Virus record (IMG/VR): IMGVR_UViG_3300010270_000394 | Coordinates: 1 to 64,000 of that record | DNA: 64,000 bases | Source: a virus | Taxonomy: Duplodnaviria; Caudoviricetes | Strand: one strand, 5' to 3' | Notes under the pieces: generated by a model | Seen by the model: only the letters and a program-made list of their open reading frames with translations | What the model was told of the DNA's origin: nothing | Database searches by the model: none | Made by a program: the position numbers and the translations under genes | In this document: positions 1 to 11,542 of the stretch, one piece after another | Numbering within the stretch: the stretch's first letter is position 1 | Layout of the letters: the number at the start of each line of letters is the position of its first letter

Positions 1-204
1 TCAAATTGCGTTTTGTTTATCAAGAAATTTTGAGAACATTTCGCGCTTAAACAAAGCACGATTTCCGCTCCAAAGTATGTATTCCGCTTCCGGATTATCA
101 TTTGCAATGCGGCGCAATTTCTTTTCTCCAATGCGAAAGTATTGCGCAGCTTCCTCAACAGAAAGCGCGTATTGTTTCCAAAATGGAATATCCGTAAAAA
201 TCAC
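1..204 (-). CDS. xis: Excisionase (Tn916 Xis-like HTH)
   Basis: IPFWKQYALSVEEAAQYFRIGEKKLR...ALFKREMFSKFLD pattern typical of the Tn916-type excisionase family. Confidence 0.8.
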   Translation of the reverse strand: MIFTDIPFWKQYALSVEEAAQYFRIGEKKLRRIANDNPEAEYILWSGNRALFKREMFSKFLDKQNAI

Positions 205-233
205 CTCCTTTCTCTACTTGTATTTATTGTTGT

Positions 234-1022
234 TTAGGGCTGATAGATTTTCATAAACTCGTCGAGCGTCATGCAGTTGTCTTTGGCAAGGCTGGTTGCA
301 AAATACGCACGATTGTACGGAGTGGTAAGATCAAAGACTTTATAAAGATACTCGAAAAAGTCACTATAATCGTTTATCAGGTTTTCCTTTGGAGTCAACG
401 GCGAATAGGAATACATTGGATGTCCGTTGACCATGATCAGATTTTCTGTAGCGCCTTCCAACGTACAATGTCCGGTTCTCCACCAGCCCCATTCCTCTTT
501 CCAATCCTCGTCACTGATAAAGTCAATCTTTTCAAAATCTTCAGGCATCAACTCCCACACTTCATAATCAGGATGCTTTTTGGAACGATACAGACAACTT
601 GCATAAATATGGAGATCACTGAACGCCTTATCCAAACCATTGCCGCCAACAATCATAACAGACGGATGAATTTCTTTTTTCACTTTTGCAATTGTATCTT
701 CAGCTTTTTCAAGCTGTTTATTAAGCTGACCGATTTGGTTGCTCCAATAGTGCATATCTTTTTGGAGCTTTTTGATGTACTCACGGGCGCTGCGGTTATC
801 ACGCAATTGTTGGTTTTCAGAAAGATAAAAGTTTTCCCAAAAGTATCTGCCGTCCGTGCTGTAAGTATCGGCAACGCAATCTCTTCTGATACTCTGCAAT
901 GTCGCGTCCGGATTCTTTTTGAAATAGATGAAATTGCGATCTTCGTAGACAACTTTGAACTTATTTTTGCCAATGAGAATGTGTTCTGGACTGCGAACCG
1001 CTTCGTAAATATATTTAGCCAT
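234..1022 (-). CDS. Hypothetical protein with central coiled coil
   Basis: 262 aa ORF with GGAGG RBS, co-oriented with neighbours. Confidence 0.7.
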   Translation of the reverse strand: MAKYIYEAVRSPEHILIGKNKFKVVYEDRNFIYFKKNPDATLQSIRRDCVADTYSTDGRYFWENFYLSENQQLRDNRSAREYIKKLQKDMHYWSNQIGQLNKQLEKAEDTIAKVKKEIHPSVMIVGGNGLDKAFSDLHIYASCLYRSKKHPDYEVWELMPEDFEKIDFISDEDWKEEWGWWRTGHCTLEGATENLIMVNGHPMYSYSPLTPKENLINDYSDFFEYLYKVFDLTTPYNRAYFATSLAKDNCMTLDEFMKIYQP

Positions 1023-1236
1023 TGTCGTCCTCCGTTATCATAGTTTTCCAAAACTTTTGCTCATATCCGATGTTATATGCTTTGAAAATGATCGGCACAT
1101 AACAGCACCAAATAATTGAATCCTCAATTGAAGGATAGATTGATCCATATAATCCAAGTTCAGCAAGTCGCCATAAAACCGCAATAATGATTTGCATAAT
1201 AACCAGCCATATGTAAAACTCTCTTGGTTTGTTCAT
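1015..1236 (-). CDS. Small membrane protein
   Basis: Two hydrophobic segments, GGAG RBS. Confidence 0.65.
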   Translation of the reverse strand: MNKPREFYIWLVIMQIIIAVLWRLAELGLYGSIYPSIEDSIIWCCYVPIIFKAYNIGYEQKFWKTMITEDDNG

Positions 1237-1247
1237 TGTAATTCTCC

Positions 1248-1592
1248 TTATTTAGCCAAACAATAGTTTGTAAGGCTTTTTCCTCTTACAGAACGGCGAT
1301 ATTTGGTATATCTTCTTGCAAAATCACCATCGAACATTCTGATCCTTCCTTTATACCAAAATGTTTTGTACCACGGCAGTTCTGTTTCTTCGTCGTCAGA
1401 AAAGTCGAAACTGTGAAACGGATTGCTCCACATGAAATGACACCACTGGAAGTTTCCGTTTTCTGTAATGCGTGGAGGACAAAAGTAAATCGTTGTTGTC
1501 TTGGGATATTTCAATTTTTCTTTGAGAGCTTCCAAAAGACAATTAGATTTGTATGGTTTGCTGATGTAAACGAATTTTTTACCGTTTTCCAT
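1248..1592 (-). CDS. Hypothetical protein
   Basis: ORF; start placed at MENGKK after GGAG RBS. Confidence 0.6.
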   Translation of the reverse strand: MENGKKFVYISKPYKSNCLLEALKEKLKYPKTTTIYFCPPRITENGNFQWCHFMWSNPFHSFDFSDDEETELPWYKTFWYKGRIRMFDGDFARRYTKYRRSVRGKSLTNYCLAK

Positions 1593-1605
1593 ACGATTTC
1601 TCCAA

Positions 1606-2118
1606 TTAATTATTTGACGTACTGCCAATTCCACCGACACGGGATGTCGTTACTTCCTCTTCCTCTGCGAGTTCATACGGCATGATAATTCCTTGAGCAA
1701 AAGCGTCACCTCGATTGACTACGAGAGTCTTGCCGTCACGAATTTTGCTGTCATTGGTAATCTTGATCCAGATATGACCTCCATTGCTCGGATTTCCGTA
1801 ATAGTCGCTATCGACCACACCAACCGTATTGTCGAGCTGCAAACGGTATTTGAATCCAAGACTACTGCGTGGGAATATCAGAAGGACTCTGCAATCGTCC
1901 AACTTGCATTTGATTCCTGTCGGAATCTTGGCGGTTTCTCCGGCTTGGAGCTTAAAGCTCACCGGCGAAAAGAAATCATAACCGGCGCTTCCCTTTGTGC
2001 CGCGTCGTGGAGTTGGCAGTTCGTCGTAAGATAGAAAATTAGTAAATCCGTTTTTCGGCGTGAAATCGGCAATCTGCTTTTCATATTCAGCGCGGGAAAC
2101 TTTTTCAAATTTGTTCAT
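1606..2118 (-). CDS. dut: Trimeric dUTPase
   Basis: Motifs SAGYDF, RSS, GVVDSDY, AQG, RVGGIGST. Confidence 0.95.
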   Translation of the reverse strand: MNKFEKVSRAEYEKQIADFTPKNGFTNFLSYDELPTPRRGTKGSAGYDFFSPVSFKLQAGETAKIPTGIKCKLDDCRVLLIFPRSSLGFKYRLQLDNTVGVVDSDYYGNPSNGGHIWIKITNDSKIRDGKTLVVNRGDAFAQGIIMPYELAEEEEVTTSRVGGIGSTSNN

Positions 2119-2203
2119 TATATTTCTTCCCTTCTTGGTTTAATTCGTCACAATTGGTTTGGCATTCTTCCGGAGTGGTAAACAAAGTGTTTCCGCTCCA
2201 ACG

Positions 2204-2749
2204 TCAAATTTGTTGTTGATTAAGTACATAGTTTTCTCTCCCCATTTTGTATTGCTCTACTATTTGATAACTCTCATTGTTGTTATTTCTCCAAATCTGA
2301 ATCGTTTTCCATCTACCGATTTCAAACGTAGACGGACGTTCAAGACTATCAAAAATTCTTTTCATTTCGTCGGGTGGAATGACGCGATTTCTTTGCGCGT
2401 TGTTTGCCATGCAGAGTTCCGGATCAGCCTCAATATAAATCAAATGATGTTCAAACGATGGAAACCAATCCAAAAATTCCGTGCGTTTGCTGATTGTCGG
2501 AGAATTGGTATCAATCAGCACATCGCGTCCTTTGAGTTCCGCAAGATGAATCGCTTGGAAGAACGCGATCCAAACGTCAAATTCATCCTCATGACGTTTT
2601 TCACTTCCGTTGAATACCTTGTAAAAATCATCAATACATAGATATTGAATTTCACGATGGTTGATTTCTTCCAAGATTGGTATTGCTCGTTTTGCGAAAG
2701 TTGTCTTTCCAGCTCCACTTGCGCCGGACATAAGATACATATGTACCAT
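2204..2749 (-). CDS. P-loop kinase (AAA_33/polynucleotide kinase-like)
   Basis: GASGAGKTT Walker A, IDD, IDTN, NAQRNR lid; start at MVHMY. Confidence 0.75.
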   Translation of the reverse strand: MVHMYLMSGASGAGKTTFAKRAIPILEEINHREIQYLCIDDFYKVFNGSEKRHEDEFDVWIAFFQAIHLAELKGRDVLIDTNSPTISKRTEFLDWFPSFEHHLIYIEADPELCMANNAQRNRVIPPDEMKRIFDSLERPSTFEIGRWKTIQIWRNNNNESYQIVEQYKMGRENYVLNQQQI

Positions 2750-2934
2750 TAATCTTTCTCCTTGATGTAAAGCCCACAATGACACATTCCGGTTTCCTGT
2801 TCGCGGAATTCTTTGCACATACACTTGGTATCTTCCGTTTGTTCTAAACGACAAGGACAGTAACCACCGTTTTCCTGAAGGGCTTTTCTGACCTCGGCAA
2901 CGTGTTCACTGTCCGGATTTGTGACAATTTTCAT
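2749..2934 (-). CDS. Ferredoxin:thioredoxin reductase catalytic-subunit-like protein
   Basis: GYCPC...CMCKEF...CHCGLY cysteine pattern. Confidence 0.8.
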   Translation of the reverse strand: MKIVTNPDSEHVAEVRKALQENGGYCPCRLEQTEDTKCMCKEFREQETGMCHCGLYIKEKD

Positions 2935-2950
2935 TTTTTGATGATCCTTT

Positions 2951-3433
2951 CTATGAAATTTGCTTTGCATATTGATTTTCTGATACAAGTTCGATGCCAA
3001 GCACATCATCAAACCGATGCTTCTGATTGGGAATGAATCTTCCAAATTTGACGATTATGTTGTTTAGTTTGGTGAGTTTTCCAAGATGCTCCTGCACTTC
3101 GTTTTCATTGTATCCGGTGTAAATTACAAACGGACAATCTTCGTCATTCGCACGAAAATATGAAATTAAATCAACAACTTCGTCGATCTGCAAAAAAGGT
3201 TCAAGACCCCCAATGACAACAGCCTTTGTAATTTGATTTATGTGGAACTGTTTGTAGATCGTCTCATTCGGAATCTCCCGCACGGGAGAGGATATAAGCG
3301 GCGCGTTTTGGCACACACTTATATCCAGTCCCGCTTCGGTGCAACATTTCCAATCGCACATTGCGGTTATGATAAACATGGACGGTCGTTTGTAGTTGAG
3401 AAAATCTTCCGCAACGATGTCCTTGATCCTCAT
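2951..3433 (-). CDS. nrdG: Anaerobic RNR activating enzyme (radical SAM)
   Basis: CDWKC...C cluster motif, GGLEP, IYTGY, SENQ; adjacent to nrdD. Confidence 0.88.
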   Translation of the reverse strand: MRIKDIVAEDFLNYKRPSMFIITAMCDWKCCTEAGLDISVCQNAPLISSPVREIPNETIYKQFHINQITKAVVIGGLEPFLQIDEVVDLISYFRANDEDCPFVIYTGYNENEVQEHLGKLTKLNNIIVKFGRFIPNQKHRFDDVLGIELVSENQYAKQIS

Positions 3434-5406
3434 TACATCACGCTATCCTTTGAAAGAACGTTGTACCACTTACGGCGATTGAATTCGCGCTTGCGAATTT
3501 TCTGATAGTTGCTCACTGGCGTATAGAATCCGACGACTCGCGCGTAGGTATCTGCTTTGGGTTTTCCGCAGATCGGGCAGTTTTCCGTTCCGATGAATGC
3601 GTGTTTGTCCTCGCATACGCTGATCTTGGTTGTGAAAGCAAAGTAGATTACGCCATGAGAGGCGACGTAGTTGAGCATATCCCACGCGGTTTCGGAGTTA
3701 GGGAAGCGGTTCTCGATGTTAATATGGGCGATGCAGCCGCCGCCGCACTGCTTATCAAACAGATTACCAAGACGGCATTTCTCCGCAATCGTGCATTTCT
3801 CAGTCAGCGGAATCCACTGATTCGAGTAAATGAAATATTTGTCCTGCTCATACAGCAGATTATCGGCTTGGCAGATGACACCGGCGCAGTTTTCGGCAGG
3901 AATCATTTCGAGGTTGTAACTGAATTCATTCGTGAAGTTATCCTTTACGTCATTGATGACATTAAGGATGTTGGTTGCAAACGAAACAGCCTCGTCCGAA
4001 TAGCTCTTGTTTCCAAGTTCGTCTGTCTGGATCAGTCCAAACAAATCCATAACCTCGTACATACCAATTGCTCCGACCGTGCAGAACTGCTTTTCAAGTT
4101 CCACAGCGCCATCCGTATAGTTTGGGAGCAATCCCTTTTCGATGTTGCGCTTGAGGATATGGCGCATGGAATAAAGTGCTTTGCAGTCAAGCGTTACGCG
4201 GTCACGCAGAATCTTGAGATACTTCCCCTGATCGAATTCGCTCTCATACGCGATACGAACAAGATTGATCGTACTAACGCGGCAAGAACCGATGGAAAGC
4301 GCAGTACCGCCGATGGAGTTGATAAAAGCATCGAGTTTGTTGGTGTCGGACAGAAGGCGGCAACAGTTGGAGAGCGTTCCAACATTGTCACTGACAAAGA
4401 AGTTGGAATCAGACCACTTGATGTTATGATCGCTGCACCAACGGGCAAAGTCCTCGTCCACAAACTTTCCGTTCTGATACAGCAGAGAATAAGTCAGCAC
4501 CGGATAGGTGAACATATTGACCTCACGGATTTCGCTGACGACATCCATGAAAATCTTCTGACACTCGATCAAGTCCTCAATGTGGTCAATGGCAAGCGTT
4601 CCGTCAGGGAATTCAACGCCGCCGAACAGGGCTTCCAGATACGGACGGTCAAAGATGGAAATGTTTGTGAAAGCAGACTGGTCAATTCGCAAGAACGGCT
4701 GATTGAGACGGTAAATCAGCTTTTGGAATGACTGCCGCAGATGATATTCCGGACTCTTGATGTAATATCCGTCCTCAACGTCCTTTTTCCAGAAATACCA
4801 CGCCCAAATCAAAATATTTGGCATTCCGACCGCGCCGCTCTGACGGTTTGAGAGGAATGAAACAAATTCGATCACGTCATCAAAATACGTCGTCAGGTGC
4901 TTGGGTGCTTGGTTGTTATAGACCTTATGGCTCTTTACAACCTGTTCGTCGTGGTCGTAATACGAAACATCACGGTTCAGGAAAAACAAACCTTCCGTAG
5001 CAAGCCGCGTAAAGTCATTCGCCCAGCAGTACGGGAAATAACTTGCGGTCGTGCTGTCATTGAGGTAAAAGCCCTTGGAAAATTCCTGCTCCAACCACGC
5101 CTTTGCCGTGCGGAGTCCCCACTTCTTTTTCATTTCATAGAAAATCTTGTTGAGTCCAAAGAGCTTATCTTCACTCTTGGCTTTCTCCGAAATAAAGCTG
5201 CGAATGTCTTTGTGATTGGCATTGGCATTCGGATCAATGCTTGCGTCGGCAACGGTGTCGTGGTCAATAAAATTCTCAATGAACTCCGAAAAATCGAGCT
5301 GGCTCGGATGGACACCGTTGATGTACTCAAAGTCCTCTCCATACTTTTTCTTCAAATCTTCAAGGCATCGCTCAAAATCCTTGGAAAGATTCAACTTAAT
5401 ATTCAA
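3433..5406 (-). CDS. nrdD: Class III anaerobic ribonucleotide reductase (no ATP cone)
   Basis: SNCCRL, PAEN, CPICG zinc site and RVVGFY glycyl-radical motif. Confidence 0.95.
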   Translation of the reverse strand: MNIKLNLSKDFERCLEDLKKKYGEDFEYINGVHPSQLDFSEFIENFIDHDTVADASIDPNANANHKDIRSFISEKAKSEDKLFGLNKIFYEMKKKWGLRTAKAWLEQEFSKGFYLNDSTTASYFPYCWANDFTRLATEGLFFLNRDVSYYDHDEQVVKSHKVYNNQAPKHLTTYFDDVIEFVSFLSNRQSGAVGMPNILIWAWYFWKKDVEDGYYIKSPEYHLRQSFQKLIYRLNQPFLRIDQSAFTNISIFDRPYLEALFGGVEFPDGTLAIDHIEDLIECQKIFMDVVSEIREVNMFTYPVLTYSLLYQNGKFVDEDFARWCSDHNIKWSDSNFFVSDNVGTLSNCCRLLSDTNKLDAFINSIGGTALSIGSCRVSTINLVRIAYESEFDQGKYLKILRDRVTLDCKALYSMRHILKRNIEKGLLPNYTDGAVELEKQFCTVGAIGMYEVMDLFGLIQTDELGNKSYSDEAVSFATNILNVINDVKDNFTNEFSYNLEMIPAENCAGVICQADNLLYEQDKYFIYSNQWIPLTEKCTIAEKCRLGNLFDKQCGGGCIAHINIENRFPNSETAWDMLNYVASHGVIYFAFTTKISVCEDKHAFIGTENCPICGKPKADTYARVVGFYTPVSNYQKIRKREFNRRKWYNVLSKDSVM

Positions 5407-5408
5407 TT

Positions 5409-5618
5409 TTAGCCCTCCTGTTCATTGATCCACTTGTTTGCTTCCGAAAACTCCATGCGTTTTCCGTTTACTTCAAGAACAGGAACGCGCGTAAAGTTCA
5501 TCGTTTGCATCTGCTCACGATCTCGATTCTCCGTGTAAGCAATGTTCTTGGCTTCGAGTTTTTTCTTGAGAACATTGCACTGCGGACAACCTGTGCTGTA
5601 AAGTGTTACTTCGCTCAT
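5409..5618 (-). CDS. nrdH: NrdH/glutaredoxin-like redoxin
   Basis: YSTGCPQC and VPVL motifs; next to nrdD. Confidence 0.8.
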   Translation of the reverse strand: MSEVTLYSTGCPQCNVLKKKLEAKNIAYTENRDREQMQTMNFTRVPVLEVNGKRMEFSEANKWINEQEG

Positions 5619-5629
5619 GTTTTTTCTCC

Positions 5630-6175
5630 TTATAACAGAATTTTTCCAATTTCCTGCCAATTGTGAACGCGGATCAGTCCTGCGGCTTCGGCATTGTACG
5701 CCGCGTTGTGCGGCTGCGTGTAGAGGATTCCTTGATACTCTCCACCGGCAAAATTGTGAATGCCGTCGTCAATCAGATATTTTCCGCGAAGCAACTGCTT
5801 ATTGGACGCGATGATGAACTGTTTCCAGCGAAGGAACGGATACAACTCCAAAATTCTGTCAATTTTGGTATCACACGTCTGATAATTGGTTGCCGTTGCG
5901 ATGTGCAAGTCATACTTCTCGTTTAATTCCTTTAGAATGTCAAAGCAATTCGGCATGGCAGATAATTCCGTCCAAAATTCTTTCTCAAAAATGGGCGCGT
6001 AAACTTGCTCTTTTGTCAGTTCAGGAAAGAACATCGTCATGTCCCAATCAATGATCTGCTCTTTTTGAACGTTAAGTCCAAAGCGTCGATTGAGTTTTCT
6101 TACCCAACATTCAACGAGATTTTCAATGACATCATCCGCGTCACAGAGCAGGACTTCTCTGTTTTGTCCGTTCAT
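5630..6175 (-). CDS. 5'(3')-deoxyribonucleotidase (HAD)
   Basis: CDADDV, ATA, LIDDG, PHN motifs. Confidence 0.85.
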   Translation of the reverse strand: MNGQNREVLLCDADDVIENLVECWVRKLNRRFGLNVQKEQIIDWDMTMFFPELTKEQVYAPIFEKEFWTELSAMPNCFDILKELNEKYDLHIATATNYQTCDTKIDRILELYPFLRWKQFIIASNKQLLRGKYLIDDGIHNFAGGEYQGILYTQPHNAAYNAEAAGLIRVHNWQEIGKILL

Positions 6176-6717
6176 TCGATCCTCCTGAAATCGTCATCCA
6201 TGCCGAGATAAATCTTGAGCATGGTTCGTAAATCTTCCAGACTACCGTTATTGAAAATCGTGTAGTCGAAATCGTAATTATCCAGTGCGGTTTCTGACGG
6301 ATGACGCTGCTGCTCCGGTGTGAGAGGACTATCAAAGTTTTCACGCGTGATCCGGAGAGAAGAAACGTCGCTGAATTCCAATTTCATGCGGTCAATTTCA
6401 TTCGGAAAACGGCTGTCAGGAATCAGAACATAGTCCCATTCGCCGTCAAAGAAACGAAGAATGTCAACGATAAAATCTACCCAAAACTCCGGATACTGCT
6501 TGCGAACAACATCCGTTCCGACGTGCTGAAGAATCGTTCTGCCTTTTTCATCCTTGTTGCCGTCCCAATTGAAAAACGTGCGGCAAACATACTTGACAAG
6601 ATCGCCGTAGTGACAAATCAGAACACGCTTTCCATGCGCTTCGAGCAATTCTTTGAGAATAGCGGCGCTGGTATCTTTACCGTGCTGCGCCTTTCCGGAA
6701 ATACAGATAATTTTCAT
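6172..6717 (-). CDS. Deoxynucleoside monophosphate kinase
   Basis: SGKAQHGKDT, RTILQHVGT, DSRFPNE, HPSE. Confidence 0.85.
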   Translation of the reverse strand: MKIICISGKAQHGKDTSAAILKELLEAHGKRVLICHYGDLVKYVCRTFFNWDGNKDEKGRTILQHVGTDVVRKQYPEFWVDFIVDILRFFDGEWDYVLIPDSRFPNEIDRMKLEFSDVSSLRITRENFDSPLTPEQQRHPSETALDNYDFDYTIFNNGSLEDLRTMLKIYLGMDDDFRRIE

Positions 6718-7385
6718 TACGCCGCCTCCGGAAGCTCAATATCATCAAAGAGGACGGGAATCATATACTTGAATGCACGGAGCAATTTCGTTGCAATTTC
6801 ACGCATCTGTGGATGTGCTGCCGAAGAACAACGCAGCTTAAAGAAGTGCCGCCACTCTCGAATGTTCATTGTGATGCAAATTTCAGTCTTGGTGGAATTG
6901 TTCAAAACGGAACGCGCGATCTGCGGTGTTGCACCGAGTTCCAGCATCTTGAGATAATACTTCTCCGCTGCCGCACACGCTTCCTGCCATGTCAAATAGA
7001 TTTCGTCGAACTTTTCCGGAGGCAGCTTGCTAACAGTTGCGTCGTTTTCCATGCCGCCGCGAATGTCTATGTACGTTACGCCGCCAAACTTATCTTTACC
7101 ATAATTGCAATATCGTGTACTCTCCTGCGCGTAGCTGGCGATTCGATGGCGAACTTCCTCATGCGATACGCCGCGATCATTGATCAGGCGAACCGTGATG
7201 TTGAAATGCTCAATAACAGCCTCATGACCGCGTTCCAGAATCTTCTTTGCAAATGTAATGCAGGAATCATCCGTGATTTTGTCCTCGCTCTTATAACAAG
7301 TTCTGCCAACCGCCTCAATCGTCTTGAGAATTTCCATACCGTCAATTGGAGTCATAATCTCAAAAGAAGGTTCAACAATGTTCAA
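6717..7385 (-). CDS. thyX: Flavin-dependent thymidylate synthase
   Basis: GHEAVIEH, RHRIASYAQESTRY signature, HPQMR. Confidence 0.95.
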   Translation of the reverse strand: MNIVEPSFEIMTPIDGMEILKTIEAVGRTCYKSEDKITDDSCITFAKKILERGHEAVIEHFNITVRLINDRGVSHEEVRHRIASYAQESTRYCNYGKDKFGGVTYIDIRGGMENDATVSKLPPEKFDEIYLTWQEACAAAEKYYLKMLELGATPQIARSVLNNSTKTEICITMNIREWRHFFKLRCSSAAHPQMREIATKLLRAFKYMIPVLFDDIELPEAA

Positions 7386-7421
7386 AATTTTTCCTCCGTT
7401 CTTGTAATTGTTGTTATTTGT

Positions 7422-7601
7422 CTACATTTCATGCTTGTATTCATCAAAACAGAATTCGCACAGGTATCCGTTTTTTCCTTTTTCCTTGATCTTGTGCATT
7501 TTACCATGAGACGATCCGCAAGCCATACAAACTGCTTTGCTTGGCTGTTTGCGCGGTTCGTCCTGCGTATAATCCTGTTTCGGTGCATTCTTCGGTTTCA
7601 T
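7422..7601 (-). CDS. Small zinc-binding protein (59 aa, below ORF-track cutoff)
   Basis: Own translation MKPKNAPK...CMACG...LCEFCFDEYKHEM with GAGG RBS. Confidence 0.55.
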   Translation of the reverse strand: MKPKNAPKQDYTQDEPRKQPSKAVCMACGSSHGKMHKIKEKGKNGYLCEFCFDEYKHEM

Positions 7602-7729
7602 AGTTTACCTCTTTCATTGTTTGTTGTTGGATGCCGATTTCAAAATTTATCCGTATCACATCCTTTACAAATTTGATTTGCTTATGTTATACTCTGTTTG
7701 CCAATTTGATTTTGAAAGGAGTTTCCACT

Positions 7730-7978
7730 ATGGCAAAGGCAGAGGACAGCAAGAAAGCAACTCGCCGCACTGCGGATGAACGTATTGCGGAAATTGACGC
7801 AAAAATCGCAGCTCATAAGGAAACAATCAAAAAACTGGAAGCAAAAAAAGAATCTATTCTTCATCCAAAAGCGCGTGTTTCTAAGGCAGCGCAGTACAAG
7901 AGCCTGATCAACCAGCTCAAAAAGCAAGGGAAATCTCCGGAAGAGATTGCAAAAGCATTTGGATTAACACTTGAATGA
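7730..7978 (+). CDS. Small basic coiled-coil protein with C-terminal HTH-like helix
   Basis: AAGGAG RBS, AT-rich upstream region, followed by terminator; lone plus-strand gene. Confidence 0.7.
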   Translation: MAKAEDSKKATRRTADERIAEIDAKIAAHKETIKKLEAKKESILHPKARVSKAAQYKSLINQLKKQGKSPEEIAKAFGLTLE

Positions 7979-7985
7979 GAAATTG

Positions 7986-8014
7986 CGGACTGTCGATGAT
8001 GGCAGTCCGCTTTT

Positions 8015-8016
<2 letters not shown>
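7986..8016. terminator. Intrinsic terminator between convergent genes
   Basis: GCGGACTGTC-loop-GGCAGTCCGC followed by a T run. Confidence 0.8.
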
Positions 8017-10269
<2,253 letters not shown>

Positions 10270-10318
10270 TTATTGTTATGTGAGGTAAAATTATGATGCC
10301 CCACTGCATCGCAAGAGT

Positions 10319-10347
10319 ATTATACTTGTAATTCTACTTATTGTCAA
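10319..10347 (-). promoter_or_regulatory. Consensus sigma-A promoter with repeat-motif variant in spacer
   Basis: TTGACA-ATAAGTAGAATTACAAG(17)-TATAAT upstream of ligA. Confidence 0.85.
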
Positions 10348-10350
10348 GTC

Positions 10351-10881
10351 CTATCTTAATTTTTGACGCAAAAAATAAGTAAAGACTCCGTAGAGGAAAT
10401 ATCCTGAATAACGAGGATCAGGCATAAACATCAGTTCCAGACCGTAGCGCTGGTTGAATGTATGCAAACTTGCCAGATATGCTTTGTTGGAAAATTTCGT
10501 ATCATATTTGCCTTCTACCACGTCCGCATAGCTGCCATTTTCAATCAGCAAATACTTTTTGCCAGAGAATGTCGCCATTTCTTCCTCAAAACGCGCTCTG
10601 TTCTGTGAAAAATTTCCGCTGAGTTCTTCCAGACTGCCTTTACGTTCCACCATAATTTCATGGTCAAAGTAAAGATCGCGTTCAATATTCAACTCCGGAT
10701 TCTTGGGAACATAAAATGAATAATCACCGTTTTGGAGCGCCTTTGTTTTATGCGGAATTTTCTTTTTATCCAGCCAATCCAAAATATGCTGATTTTTCTG
10801 CTCTCGCGTATCTGTCAGAATCACAATGGACTTGACCAATTCATCCCGCTCTTTGTCGGTGTATTTATATAAGTCAAGTAT
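10351..10881 (-). CDS. ERCC4/XPF-type nuclease (resolvase-like), probable ATA start
   Basis: DTREQ, GDYS, VERK motifs; frame open upstream to ATA behind GAGAGTGA. Confidence 0.85.
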   Translation of the reverse strand: MLDLYKYTDKERDELVKSIVILTDTREQKNQHILDWLDKKKIPHKTKALQNGDYSFYVPKNPELNIERDLYFDHEIMVERKGSLEELSGNFSQNRARFEEEMATFSGKKYLLIENGSYADVVEGKYDTKFSNKAYLASLHTFNQRYGLELMFMPDPRYSGYFLYGVFTYFLRQKLR

Positions 10882-10887
10882 GGCGTA

Positions 10888-11145
10888 TCACTCTCTTTCC
10901 ATTATTGAATTCAAATGTTCTCTGCCTTTATCTGTAATTACAAAACGCGCATCCGGATCAAAATAGTTTTCTTCAGCGTCCTTGAGCGCAGCTTGGATAT
11001 TCTTCATATCCATAGTTTTTGAAACAGTTTTGATTTCTCCATTGTGATAAATGTCACAGCAAAGCGTAATCTTGACGGCGTTTTCAGGAATAAAAATTAC
11101 AGCACGTTCCTCGTTTAACTCAAGTGATTCTTTCTTTTTGCTCAT
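10888..11145 (-). CDS. Hypothetical protein
   Basis: AAGGAG RBS, co-oriented ORF. Confidence 0.65.
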   Translation of the reverse strand: MSKKKESLELNEERAVIFIPENAVKITLCCDIYHNGEIKTVSKTMDMKNIQAALKDAEENYFDPDARFVITDKGREHLNSIMERE

Positions 11146-11249
11146 ATGTTAGCTCCTTCTTTATAAAATTGAGGCATTTTGACAACATACTGTCAATTAG
11201 ATCAATGATATTGTCAAAATGCCCCTGTTTTTGTCAATAATATTTGATG

Positions 11250-11525
11250 TTAAGTACCGTCCCTTACAGCCTTCATTCTTGCGGACATTTCTGCTCTTTG
11301 TTCGTCCGTCAACTGTCTCGGAAACGCGACTTTGAGCCAACGCTTCGGGATTTCATATTCCGTATATTCATCTGTCCGTTTGATCACTTTAATGTCAGGA
11401 TGATCGGCAAGTCTGCGATCAATTTTTCGCATTAGCGATTTGTCGTAAGTGTAAATTGATGCTGTCTTTTCTTCGTTGTTCCAATTGATAATTGTTTCTT
11501 GTTCATATTTTGTCAAGTTTGGCAT
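11250..11525 (-). CDS. Phage hypothetical protein
   Basis: LTKYEQETIINWN...ASIYTY...EIPKRW; AAGGAGG RBS. Confidence 0.7.
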   Translation of the reverse strand: MPNLTKYEQETIINWNNEEKTASIYTYDKSLMRKIDRRLADHPDIKVIKRTDEYTEYEIPKRWLKVAFPRQLTDEQRAEMSARMKAVRDGT

Positions 11526-11542
11526 TTTAGTTGTAATCCTCC

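Noticed and set aside
3207-3211. C5 run in nrdG and other G/C runs of 5 (e.g. 61386)
   Set aside because: Short, not associated with a frameshift, and lacking the T-Gn-CAA context
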